Source: Pseudozobellia thermophila (GTDB lineage: Bacteria > Bacteroidota > Bacteroidia > Flavobacteriales > Flavobacteriaceae). Taken from it: a stretch of DNA of 64,000 nucleotides. Made by a program: the position numbers and the translations under genes. This document shows positions 39,854-48,221 of this stretch, piece after piece. Location of the stretch: contig NZ_FQYU01000001.1 of NCBI RefSeq assembly GCF_900141855.1, positions 95,402-159,401 of the forward strand. Direction: 5' to 3'. How positions within the stretch are numbered: the stretch's first letter is position 1; each line of letters starts with the position of its first letter. The notes beneath the pieces were generated by a model. The model was not told the origin of the DNA. It saw nothing but the letters and a program-made list of their open reading frames with translations, and ran no database searches.

Positions 39854-41689
39854 TTGAACATCCACAACCCTGATTTAATGAAATTCCCTTTATCCTTCCT
39901 TCTGTACATTACCGCCAGCATTCTTTATGCCCAAACCAACCGTTACGAAATTTCTTTTGGGAATGCCGTACACCACGAAGCGGTCGTAAAAGGCATTTTT
40001 CCAGAATTGAAAACGGACACGGTCGCTTTTCGTATGAGCCGCACTTCACCCGGACGCTACGCCTTGCACGAATTTGCAAAAAACGTATACCATTTTAAGG
40101 CATGGGACAGCAAGGGGAAGGCCCTTGAGGTTTTACGCCCCGACCCCTATCAATGGCAAGTGGTGGGCCACGACGGCTCCATCACCATTAGCTATACCCT
40201 ATTTGCCAATCGCGGGGGAGGAACCTATTCGCAAGTAGACGAAACCCATGCCCATTTGAACATACCCGCCACGTTCATGTATGCCCCCGAACTGAGCGAT
40301 CGAAAAATTGAAGTGGATTTTAAGGTTCGGGAAGATTTAAACTGGAAGGTAGCCACACAATTGCCCCTAGTTTCGGGCACTACCTATTCCGCCCCCGACC
40401 TCTATTATTTTATGGATAGCCCAACGGAGATAAGCGACCATGCCGTTCGTGAATTTAAAGTAGACCATAACGGAAAGCAGCAGAACATACGATTTGTACT
40501 GCACCACAACGGCACGGACGAGGAACTCGACGCCTATTTTGAACAGGTTAAAAAGGTAGTGCTTGCGGAAAAAGAGGTCTATGGCGAACTGCCCGGTTTC
40601 GACTACGGCACCTATACCTTTTTGGCCTGCTATATCCCCAATGCTTCCGGTGACGGTATGGAACACCGCAACTCGACGGTTTTGACCAGTACCCGTAGCC
40701 TTTCGGAAGGAGGAATGCAAGCCAATATCGGTACCGTTTCCCACGAATTCTTCCATGCGTGGAACGTGGAGCGCATCCGCCCGAAATCGTTGGAACCCTT
40801 TAATTTCGAGGAAGCCAATATGAGCGGGGCCCTATGGTTTGCCGAAGGTTTTACCAGTTATTACACCAACCTGATCCTGTGCAGGGCAGGCATTATCTCC
40901 CCGGAAAAATATGTGGAAGGCATTTCAGGCACCTTCAACTATGTATGGAACTCCCCGGCACGCCGATTTTTTAATCCTATCGAGATGAGCTACCAAGCCC
41001 CCTTTGTGGATGCGGCCACTTCGGTAGACCCCGTTAACCGCGAAAACACCTTTATTTCCTATTATTCGTACGGAAGTGTTCTTGGTCTGGCCTTGGATTT
41101 ATCGCTTCGCAAGGAAAAACTGAACCTCGACGATTTTATGAAACTCGTTTGGAAGAAATACGGAAAAACCGAAAAACCGTACACTATAGAGGACCTTCAG
41201 CAGACACTGGCCGAATATGCCGGAAGCGATTTTGCCGAGGTGTTCTTCGGCAAGTACATTTACAAGAGCGAAATGCCCGATTACCCAACACTGTTAAGCC
41301 TTGTGGGGGTAGGGTTGAAGCAAAATCCGCAAGTGCCTTATTTTGGGGCCGCCGTATCCTTAAATGGCGATGGCCAAGGAGAGATCCGGTCGAACCCCAA
41401 GATCGGTACACCGGCCTATGAAGCCGGACTCGACAAAGGCGATATCATTACCGACATCAACGGTAGCGGTTTTCCCGATGGACAACAGTTCGGCGCCTAC
41501 ATCGAAAAACAGAAGGTCGGCGACACCCTTAAGATCGCCTTCGAGCGTTTTGGGGTAGAAAAGCGTTGTACGGTAGTTCTTGGGGCAAATCCCGATTACC
41601 GGCTTTTGTTAATGGAGAAGGAAGGCGGCAAGCCGTCAAAAAAACAATTGCGCCAAAGAAACGACTGGCTTAAAATCCAAGCGCGGTGA
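39854..41689 (+). CDS. M61 family glycyl aminopeptidase with a C-terminal PDZ domain
   Basis: HEFFHAWN zinc motif; PDZ (GLDKGDIITDINGSG); signal peptide. Confidence 0.8.
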   Translation: MNIHNPDLMKFPLSFLLYITASILYAQTNRYEISFGNAVHHEAVVKGIFPELKTDTVAFRMSRTSPGRYALHEFAKNVYHFKAWDSKGKALEVLRPDPYQWQVVGHDGSITISYTLFANRGGGTYSQVDETHAHLNIPATFMYAPELSDRKIEVDFKVREDLNWKVATQLPLVSGTTYSAPDLYYFMDSPTEISDHAVREFKVDHNGKQQNIRFVLHHNGTDEELDAYFEQVKKVVLAEKEVYGELPGFDYGTYTFLACYIPNASGDGMEHRNSTVLTSTRSLSEGGMQANIGTVSHEFFHAWNVERIRPKSLEPFNFEEANMSGALWFAEGFTSYYTNLILCRAGIISPEKYVEGISGTFNYVWNSPARRFFNPIEMSYQAPFVDAATSVDPVNRENTFISYYSYGSVLGLALDLSLRKEKLNLDDFMKLVWKKYGKTEKPYTIEDLQQTLAEYAGSDFAEVFFGKYIYKSEMPDYPTLLSLVGVGLKQNPQVPYFGAAVSLNGDGQGEIRSNPKIGTPAYEAGLDKGDIITDINGSGFPDGQQFGAYIEKQKVGDTLKIAFERFGVEKRCTVVLGANPDYRLLLMEKEGGKPSKKQLRQRNDWLKIQAR

Positions 41690-42222
41690 TACGCTATACC
41701 ACGGCATCGACCGATGACGAACTGAAGCAGATCCTCGCCCTTCAGGAAAGAAACCTGGCCTCTAAGGTGTCGTCCCTCGAAAAGGAAAAAGAAGGCTTTG
41801 TAACCGTAGCGCATACCTTCGACACCTTAAAGGCGATGAACGATACCTGCCCCCATATCATTGCTAAATCGGAGCATGCGGTCATCGGCTATACCCTCTG
41901 TATGCACCCTAGGTTTTCGGATGCCATCGAGGTCTTAAAACCCATGTTCGACGAGATCGAAGGCATTCTTCCCCCCGTGGAAAACTATATCGTTATGGGC
42001 CAGGTCTGCATCGACAAGGCCTTTCGCAAGCAGGGCGTTTTCAGAAAATTGTACGAAACCATGCAGGCCAAGACCAAAAGGGATTTCAGCAGTATTATCA
42101 CCGAGATCGACGCGGGCAACACCCGCTCTTTGCAAGCCCATTATGCTATCGGTTTTAAAGAACTGCACACCTATACATCGGGAGCCCGGGAGTGGAAAAT
42201 CGTGCGTTTTCGATACCTATAA
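41686..42222 (+). CDS. GNAT family N-acetyltransferase
   Basis: Acetyl-CoA-binding motif QGVFRKLYE; start overlaps the M61 stop (ATGA). Confidence 0.75.
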   Translation: MIRYTTASTDDELKQILALQERNLASKVSSLEKEKEGFVTVAHTFDTLKAMNDTCPHIIAKSEHAVIGYTLCMHPRFSDAIEVLKPMFDEIEGILPPVENYIVMGQVCIDKAFRKQGVFRKLYETMQAKTKRDFSSIITEIDAGNTRSLQAHYAIGFKELHTYTSGAREWKIVRFRYL

Positions 42223-42305
42223 AAAACCCGAACACTCCTACATGCAGCTTATTTGACCCGTCGTCCTTACCAATTCCATATTTTTGATTCACCAACTATA
42301 CGCAC

Positions 42306-42517
42306 CTGATTACAAACACAATAAGCCCTAGCCAAAAATCGTTGAAAACACAGTATTTCGTCGAAAAATTTGTAGTATTTTTCTTTGTTAAAAGTATATT
42401 TAACATGCTCTAGCATACAAATTATTGTATCGATTATTGGTTTTCCTTCTTATGTTTTGCACACCTGGTTTTTCCGATAGTATCCACTTTGATTAATTGG
42501 GCAAGGGGAAATGGCTC
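42306..42517 (+). repeat. Direct repeat copy A: a diverged duplicate of the promoter and first ~30 codons of the OMP gene at 48129, truncated by an in-frame TAA
   Basis: Collinear with 48011..48221 (TCGAAA(A/T)TTTGTAGTATTTTTC...CCTTCTTATGT.TTG.ACAC.TGGTTTTTCC...TTGGGCAAGG.GAAATGGCTC); similarity stops exactly after AAATGGCTC. Confidence 0.7.
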
Positions 42518-42587
42518 CCATATAAGCATGGTACTACCAACTACAACAATCAAAAATTCAAGCAACGAAAAAAAGGGAGGTCAAACA

Positions 42588-42695
42588 TTTGAATTAAGCG
42601 ATCGAAAATACAGCCGAGCAAGAAACTATGCGGAAGATCAAACGGTTCTCAAAAACGACAGTGAAGGTTTAACACCAGCATGGGCACAAACGTGA
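42588..42695 (+). pseudogene. C-terminal fragment of an IS200/IS605-family Y1 (RAYT-like) transposase
   Basis: ...YSRARNYAEDQTVLKNDSEGLTPAWAQT* parallels the C-terminus of the 43630..44038 copy (...YSSARNYAEDQTVLKIDSEGLT). Confidence 0.6.
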
Positions 42696-42720
42696 CACCG
42701 GCGCCAGCAGGTGATGGCTC
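42683..42720. repeat. REP-like element / IS200-like right-end motif, family member 1
   Basis: GCACAAACGTGACACCGGCGCCAGCAGGTGATGGCTC; nearly identical to 44882..44919 and related to 44068..44100. Confidence 0.6.
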
Positions 42721-42782
42721 AAATTTGAATCTAGATTTGTAGAAAACCTGTCCTACTAATTGGGGGATGAACACGCTTATGT

Positions 42783-43026
42783 TGGGGAGTTCAAAAAAAG
42801 GATTGACGCCAATACGGGAGAAGTATATAGTACAATGGAAAGTCGTTAGCTTTTAATCAATTTAGTTTGAACAATACTAAGCAAAAAATGAATTTAAAAT
42901 AATCTCTGATGCAGCTAAGAAGAATGGAGATTTGATTGATGGACAATTTAGAGGTGTTACAAAAGATGGTTTTGAAATAGAGGGTTATTTGAAAGATGGA
43001 AAAGTAGATACTTTTTACTTTTTATA
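42783..43026 (+). pseudogene. Degraded fragments of a MORN/YwqK-like repeat protein (immunity-protein-like)
   Basis: Short frames GEFKKRIDANTGEVYS...* and DAAKKNGDLIDGQFRGVTKDGFEIEGYLKDGKVDTFYFL* show the G-x-Y/F-x-x-G repeat signature of YwqK/MORN-type proteins. Confidence 0.3.
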
Positions 43027-43037
43027 GTTAGTTTTAA

Positions 43038-43469
43038 ATGAATTGGTTGATAGAAAATAAGCGGTTTGATATGACTGACCTAATGGTCACCATAGATTTT
43101 GAACCCAAGAACGATCCCTTAAGGTATTTTTTATCAAGTATCGGCGTATTTAACTACCCAAAATTTTTAGACTCTTTTAGTAGTTCTAAAAGTTACTACA
43201 CACATGTCTCATCTCTGAGATTTTACAAAGATTTGGATTGGGAAGATTTAGAAGAATTATCAGAGGTAGGAGGTATTAAAGAGGGTGAGATTACAATATC
43301 TCATGAAGTTTATGGAGAAACTGTTTTAAAAGAAGCAGTTTTTAAGGAATTGATTTTGGACTATTCTCAAGCGCTATTAGAAACCTATAAAAATGACTCC
43401 TCTGCTCCTAAATTATGGAGCAACGAAATGACTGATGAGATAACCAAATTGAAGAATAAGCCGAGTTAA
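43038..43469 (+). CDS. Hypothetical cytoplasmic protein (immunity-protein-like; no signal peptide; low GC)
   Basis: 143-aa ORF; no recognisable motif. Confidence 0.5.
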   Translation: MNWLIENKRFDMTDLMVTIDFEPKNDPLRYFLSSIGVFNYPKFLDSFSSSKSYYTHVSSLRFYKDLDWEDLEELSEVGGIKEGEITISHEVYGETVLKEAVFKELILDYSQALLETYKNDSSAPKLWSNEMTDEITKLKNKPS

Positions 43470-43549
43470 GTGTAACAGCTTGGCTTTTTACATCAAATTA
43501 ATTTTAGCAGCCTTGATAAAGTGGTCAATGGTAGTAATCAGAAACCCCG

Positions 43550-43576
43550 CCTGCACGAGCGTGACGCTCGTGCAGG
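43550..43576. repeat. 27-bp perfect palindrome (left-end hairpin of an IS200/IS605-like element)
   Basis: CCTGCACGAGCG-TGA-CGCTCGTGCAGG, about 55 bp upstream of the tnpA pseudogene. Confidence 0.7.
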
Positions 43577-43629
43577 TCAGAGTAAGAAGATCCTGAGCCA
43601 AGCACTAAACAATTAAAAGTAAGATAGTA

Positions 43630-44038
43630 ATGAGCAGAAAACACAAATTCAATAACCCTACCGCAGCCTACTTCGTAAGCTTCGCCACCGTATATTGGAT
43701 CGATGTGTTTACCAGACAGGCCTATTTCTCGATATTGGAAAATGCGGTCGGTTACTGTCGAGCGGAAAAAGGAATGGATATTACGGATGATGGAAAGCGC
43801 AGCCAAAAAGAAAAGGAATATAACCAAAAGGCAATTCTGGCAACATAACAACAAACCTATTGAGCTATGGAGTAACAAAGTCATAAAACAGAAGATCGAT
43901 TATATACACAACAACCCGGTAGAAGCAGGGTTCGTAACAAATGCCATTGATTGGAAATACAGCAGTGCAAGAAACTATGCGGAAGATCAAACAGTTCTCA
44001 AAATTGACAGTGAAGGTTTAACACTAGGTATGCTATGA
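43630..44038 (+). pseudogene. tnpA: IS200/IS605-family Y1 transposase (REP-associated tyrosine transposase-like), frameshifted
   Basis: N-terminal part MSRKHKFNNPTAAYFVSFATVYWIDVFTRQAYF (frame of 43630..43848) continues in another frame (43703..44038) as ...IDYIHNNPVEAGFVTNAIDWKYSSARNY; a Y1 transposase interrupted by a frameshift. Confidence 0.7.
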
Positions 44039-44067
44039 AAATGCGACCGCTTAATACTAGGTTGAAT

Positions 44068-44100
44068 GGGCATAAGCGTGACGCTTGTGCCAGCAGGGGA
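44068..44100. repeat. Right-end hairpin / REP-like motif, family member 2
   Basis: GGGCATAAGCGTGACGCTTGTGCCAGCAGGGGA, which contains the palindrome AAGCG-TGA-CGCTT. Confidence 0.55.
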
Positions 44101-44205
44101 GAGAAATCAACTATCCAGGAGGCGGGCATCAATATGAGTTTATAAACGATTGGAGTATTGATAATTTCACAGATTATTTAAACTTAATAGAAAAAAAATA
44201 ATCAA

Positions 44206-44754
44206 ATGAGAATAAAAAATCTATCCCTTATTTATCGGGATTTAATACATGAAGTAAATTTAGATTTAGGTTTATATATTGAATCCATTAATGTTAATAA
44301 AGTTGAGAGTAGTGTTCTAAGAAATTATAACCATGGTATTTCATGGAAGTATCAAACCGTAGAAAAAGATCTTTTGGAAATAAAATTGATGGAGAAAGAG
44401 AAAAGAATCTTGGCATATCCCTCCCCTGACATGAAATACATGGTCGTTTTGTTCGATAGAAACTCGCAATACCATCCACATCCGAACAACCTTGTGGTAT
44501 TTTACGCCAATGGGGAAGAAAAACAAGTGGTCAAGGTCCCAGAATTAATTTCAGATCAAGCCGTAAAAAACACCGATAACCCTTTTGGGGTAGATAAAGA
44601 AGGAAGTTTTGAAAATATTTGGTGGTATAAAAAAGAAAACGAAAAAAAGATGGTAGTAGATATCCATTTTGCATGGGAAAATACAGAAACAAGGGAGTTT
44701 GACCCCGAAACAGGGCAATTTGGCAATTTAATCAGAGTTTCCGGTAGATTTTAG
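44206..44754 (+). CDS. Hypothetical protein (182 aa; no signal peptide; low GC)
   Basis: ORF only. Confidence 0.5.
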   Translation: MRIKNLSLIYRDLIHEVNLDLGLYIESINVNKVESSVLRNYNHGISWKYQTVEKDLLEIKLMEKEKRILAYPSPDMKYMVVLFDRNSQYHPHPNNLVVFYANGEEKQVVKVPELISDQAVKNTDNPFGVDKEGSFENIWWYKKENEKKMVVDIHFAWENTETREFDPETGQFGNLIRVSGRF

Positions 44755-44881
44755 GACTTACTCCCGCTAGCGCGAACATTTGAACCAAGCTTGCCGAAGT
44801 ATCACGGCGGTACCCACTACAGCGATAATACCCAGTAGGCTATAAAAGCAAAACGAATATGGGTTTGCAACAAATTTTTAA

Positions 44882-44919
44882 CCGCACAAACGTGACACCG
44901 GCACTAGCAGATGATGCTC
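44882..44919. repeat. Solo REP-like motif, family member 3
   Basis: CCGCACAAACGTGACACCGGCACTAGCAGATGATGCTC, about 90% identical to 42683..42720. Confidence 0.55.
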
Positions 44920-44970
44920 ACAATTAAATCTTTATAAGGTGGATTTAAGTAAAATGGATTGGATTACTAA

Positions 44971-45477
44971 ATGGAAATATTGATACAAATGAACATTACC
45001 GCAAAAGAATTTAGGACGATTAAACCTTTCGAATCATACACGGAGAATGATGTACAAGGAGGATTGACAAAATCTGTATTGGATATCTATTTATATATAT
45101 ATGATAATTTCTCGGTAATGAACTTTGTCGCTGATTATAACAAACAAAATCCTTTAGAAGTATTTGGCAATACTCCAAAAGAAAAAAGACTAGTACAATT
45201 AAATAATTTAAATAAAAGTATAGAAAAAGGCAACGACCCGGTTTCGATTGGAAAGTATTCCTTATTGGATAACAACCTAATAGAAATGAAATGGAATTAC
45301 TATTACGGAGAAGATATTGAATTGATCTTTAAAGGGGAAATACTCTTAAACGGTGATGCCCTAAAAGGAACCTTCTATAAGAATGGGGAAGTCGACATAC
45401 CCTCTAGGGTTTACTACAACATCGACAAACCCTTGCCCGACCCTTTGATCCCGGAGGATGATGAAGATATGGCTTAA
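44971..45477 (+). CDS. Hypothetical protein (168 aa)
   Basis: ORF only. Confidence 0.5.
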   Translation: MEILIQMNITAKEFRTIKPFESYTENDVQGGLTKSVLDIYLYIYDNFSVMNFVADYNKQNPLEVFGNTPKEKRLVQLNNLNKSIEKGNDPVSIGKYSLLDNNLIEMKWNYYYGEDIELIFKGEILLNGDALKGTFYKNGEVDIPSRVYYNIDKPLPDPLIPEDDEDMA

Positions 45478-45685
45478 TAAAAGGAAAACAAAACACTATT
45501 CCCTGCAGGGGTTTAGTGCAGGAAAAAATGGCGTATTGGGTGCTCCCGAATGGCATTTGCCTAAAAACATTGAAATGGATAAGGGTGCAGAACTGTGGGA
45601 AATTTTAAACGATGAATCGGAAATCTTAAGAGGTCGGATAGTCGATATATATGATTCTAAAACCTTCATAACAATAATCAATTAA
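45458..45685 (+). CDS. Hypothetical small protein (75 aa)
   Basis: ORF overlapping the previous stop by 20 bp. Confidence 0.35.
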   Translation: MMKIWLNKRKTKHYSLQGFSAGKNGVLGAPEWHLPKNIEMDKGAELWEILNDESEILRGRIVDIYDSKTFITIIN

Positions 45686-45687
45686 AA

Positions 45688-46140
45688 ATGAAGTATAGAT
45701 TTGGCTCATATGTAGTTTACAAAGAAATGGATTGTTATTTAATCTCCAGAAAAGAATGGAGAATAGTATCCAAGGATATTAAGAGTCAAAAACTAGGGTT
45801 TAAAGCCTATGAGGCTGGTTTCCCTTATTATAAAAAAATCGATAAGACCGACATACAATCAGGTTATTTTGTTCGTACAAAAGCAAAATACAAAGATTTC
45901 ACCTTTGAATTATTTCAAAATGAGGCATTGAAAAATGATTATAAAGTACGATTAAAATTGAACAACCTTGACTTTGATGCCTACGATTATTTTGGGTTTC
46001 CTTACCGAAATGATGATGCCAGTATTGAAGTCAATGAGGAAGAATTGGAAGAAATTTGGGAAGAGCGCAAACCCCTAGCTCGGTTCCCGTTCAAAACAGA
46101 AAAAATAAAGTTTATAAAAAAAGAAGGGGAGTTTTTGTAA
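45688..46140 (+). CDS. Hypothetical protein (150 aa)
   Basis: ORF only. Confidence 0.5.
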   Translation: MKYRFGSYVVYKEMDCYLISRKEWRIVSKDIKSQKLGFKAYEAGFPYYKKIDKTDIQSGYFVRTKAKYKDFTFELFQNEALKNDYKVRLKLNNLDFDAYDYFGFPYRNDDASIEVNEEELEEIWEERKPLARFPFKTEKIKFIKKEGEFL

Positions 46141-46287
46141 TGTCCTCATCAAGGTTTTTCATATTTAATACTAGTATATCAACATTGCAACCCTGTACGT
46201 TTAAAATGTATGGCCCGAATTGGTCGTTAGTTCCAAAAAAATCAGCGCTAAGGAATACAAGGCTAAGAGCCTGTCTAAAATGGCCTT

Positions 46288-46554
46288 ATGACTAAAAACA
46301 TGAAATCCAAAAGAAACATAGAACCCATAATAACTTACTCTATTGCCATAATTTTAATCGGGTATCTTCTTCTGAATTACGGCTCGTTTCACATAGATGA
46401 AGACTACCCTTCATCATGGAAGGCACAATTGATACACATAGTCTCTAAATTTCTTTTAAATGATACAGCCGGGCGCATGGTAGGCCAAATAGTCCTTTCG
46501 CTATTGGGTATCGTTTGCTGCTTTAAAATTTACAAAGTCATAAAAGCTAAATAA
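46288..46554 (+). CDS. Small two-TM membrane protein, paralog 1
   Basis: IEPIITYSIAIILIGYLL...LSLLGIVCCFKIYKVIKAK; paralogous to the next ORF. Confidence 0.45.
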   Translation: MTKNMKSKRNIEPIITYSIAIILIGYLLLNYGSFHIDEDYPSSWKAQLIHIVSKFLLNDTAGRMVGQIVLSLLGIVCCFKIYKVIKAK

Positions 46555-46564
46555 TTGCCTAGGC

Positions 46565-46816
46565 ATGAGACCGAAAAGAGATATAGAACCGATCATAGCT
46601 TACTCTATAGCAATAATGTTAATAGTGTATTTGCTTGCCAGCTATGACACCTTTTCCGTTGATGAAAACCGCCCTCCTCATGGAAAATGGATTGTTGTTA
46701 TATATAAGTTTCTTTTAAATCATGAGTTTGGCAGTATTATCGCCAAAGGAGTCCTATTGTTGTTGGGCATCTATTGTTGCCGTCAACTATACAACGCTTT
46801 TAAAACTAAACAATAG
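46565..46816 (+). CDS. Small two-TM membrane protein, paralog 2
   Basis: IEPIIAYSIAIMLIVYLL...LLLLGIYCCRQLYNAFKTKQ. Confidence 0.45.
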   Translation: MRPKRDIEPIIAYSIAIMLIVYLLASYDTFSVDENRPPHGKWIVVIYKFLLNHEFGSIIAKGVLLLLGIYCCRQLYNAFKTKQ

Positions 46817-46951
46817 TCTGATATGGTGTTCCCATAATAACCAGAGAGGCTCCTGATTTTTGAGATAATTTAGGAGGAGCTATGTAGTAGTCCCTTCCAA
46901 TGGGATGAAATTAGAATCATTTAATATGGTAAGATTTAAAAAGTAATTTTT

Positions 46952-47206
46952 ATGAACTGGCATAACGCATTAAAAGATATATATCGAAAACTTGAAGCTT
47001 CTGGATATAAAGGAATCAAGGAGGATATTCATGAAGGTCAATTGAGTGGTGGAACTGGTGGGGAATTTTTTTCAATAGTTCTAACTAAATTAATAGAAAT
47101 CAAAAAAAATCAACCCATTGTCTATTGCTTGCTAAAAAAAGAAGTAGATGAATTTATTGCTTATGCTAAATCAATTAATTACTTGAACTCTGATTTTAAG
47201 ATTTAA
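46952..47206 (+). CDS. Hypothetical small protein (84 aa)
   Basis: ORF only. Confidence 0.4.
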   Translation: MNWHNALKDIYRKLEASGYKGIKEDIHEGQLSGGTGGEFFSIVLTKLIEIKKNQPIVYCLLKKEVDEFIAYAKSINYLNSDFKI

Positions 47207-47329
47207 TTTTTATGAAAGAGTGCATCCCTGCGGTGAAAAATTAGCAATAGGAAAAATTGGCCTTCGGCAGCGCAGGCGTCACAGCTAAAACACTGTCCCC
47301 GCTTGTGATTAATACTTTTAATAATATCA

Positions 47330-47731
47330 ATGGGCTATCTAAAAGACTATAATAGAAATAAAGACGAAATTCTTCATTCTTTTCAAGACTTAATCGAAAA
47401 GGAAGATGATTCATTTTCAGAACTTGGGTTTAATTTTTCAAAATGTGGGTTTGGTGATGCAAGAAGTCAAGACGACCATATAGAATTTATCTGGAAAAAA
47501 GAAAAAAGAGAACTCAGTGTTTGCTTTTGGATCCCTTTTTGGAAGAACTACAAAATTGACGAGAACTTTATGGTAACCTATAGTCTAACTAATGATATGG
47601 GTAAAAAGCATCCATTAATTTCTAAGGCTATTGAATTCAATAAATTACGCGGGGAAAATATTAGAGCCAAGATAAGCACACTATTCAAACATATTGCGGA
47701 AATCATCAATTCAAAAAATATAAATTTATAA
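47330..47731 (+). CDS. Hypothetical protein (133 aa)
   Basis: ORF only. Confidence 0.5.
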   Translation: MGYLKDYNRNKDEILHSFQDLIEKEDDSFSELGFNFSKCGFGDARSQDDHIEFIWKKEKRELSVCFWIPFWKNYKIDENFMVTYSLTNDMGKKHPLISKAIEFNKLRGENIRAKISTLFKHIAEIINSKNINL

Positions 47732-47736
47732 TAGTT

Positions 47737-47811
47737 CCCTCACGCTCGTGCCCGCAACAGACAATACCCCCCACTTCGGCAGGCTCGGCGCAAGGCTTCG
47801 AAGGGCGGGGA
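47737..47811. repeat. Hairpin-rich repeat element, copy 1
   Basis: TCACGCTCGTGCC (half of the IS200-like LE palindrome) followed by CCCCCCACTTCGGCAGGCTCGGCGCAAGGCTTCGAAGGGCGGGG; the same roughly 45-bp imperfect hairpin recurs at 56043..56089. Confidence 0.6.
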
Positions 47812-48010
47812 ATGTTCCCGGCCTTAGGGCCAGTTCGCAGGTATGCATTTGGAATTGTCTTCGGTACTGGCCACACGGTCAAGCAAGTCGGCCCGGGAGT
47901 GAAAACCACGCGTATTAAATACTTACAACAAAATAAAACTTCCTACACAAATATTAATTTTCTTGTAGTCCTTACAACGCCAATATTCACAATATATAAC
48001 ACGTACTTCA

Positions 48011-48221
48011 CTCATTACAAACACAATAACTTCATTTAAAAAAATCTAAGATTCATTACATTTCATCGAAATTTTTGTAGTATTTTTCGCTTTTTAACTT
48101 AAATTTAACTAGTTAAGAATACGAATCATTGTACCGATTATTAGTTCCCCTTCTTATGTGTTGTACACTTGGTTTTTCCCAAAGTATCAACTTTGACCAA
48201 TTGGGCAAGGAGAAATGGCTC
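48011..48221 (+). repeat. Direct repeat copy B: the functional promoter and 5' end of the OMP gene
   Basis: See copy A at 42306..42517. Confidence 0.7.

Larger units (their letters stand above)
42518..48010. mobile_element. Candidate integrated accessory island: an AT-rich array of small immunity-like genes with IS200/RAYT remnants and REP-like hairpins, bracketed by ~210-bp direct repeats
   Basis: Composition shift relative to the flanks; transposase pseudogenes; repeated hairpins; flanking repeats 42306..42517 and 48011..48221. Confidence 0.45.

Noticed and set aside
47706-47909. 67-aa minus-strand ORF at the island's right edge
   Set aside because: Overlaps the hairpin repeat element, has Pro/Gly-rich composition and no start context
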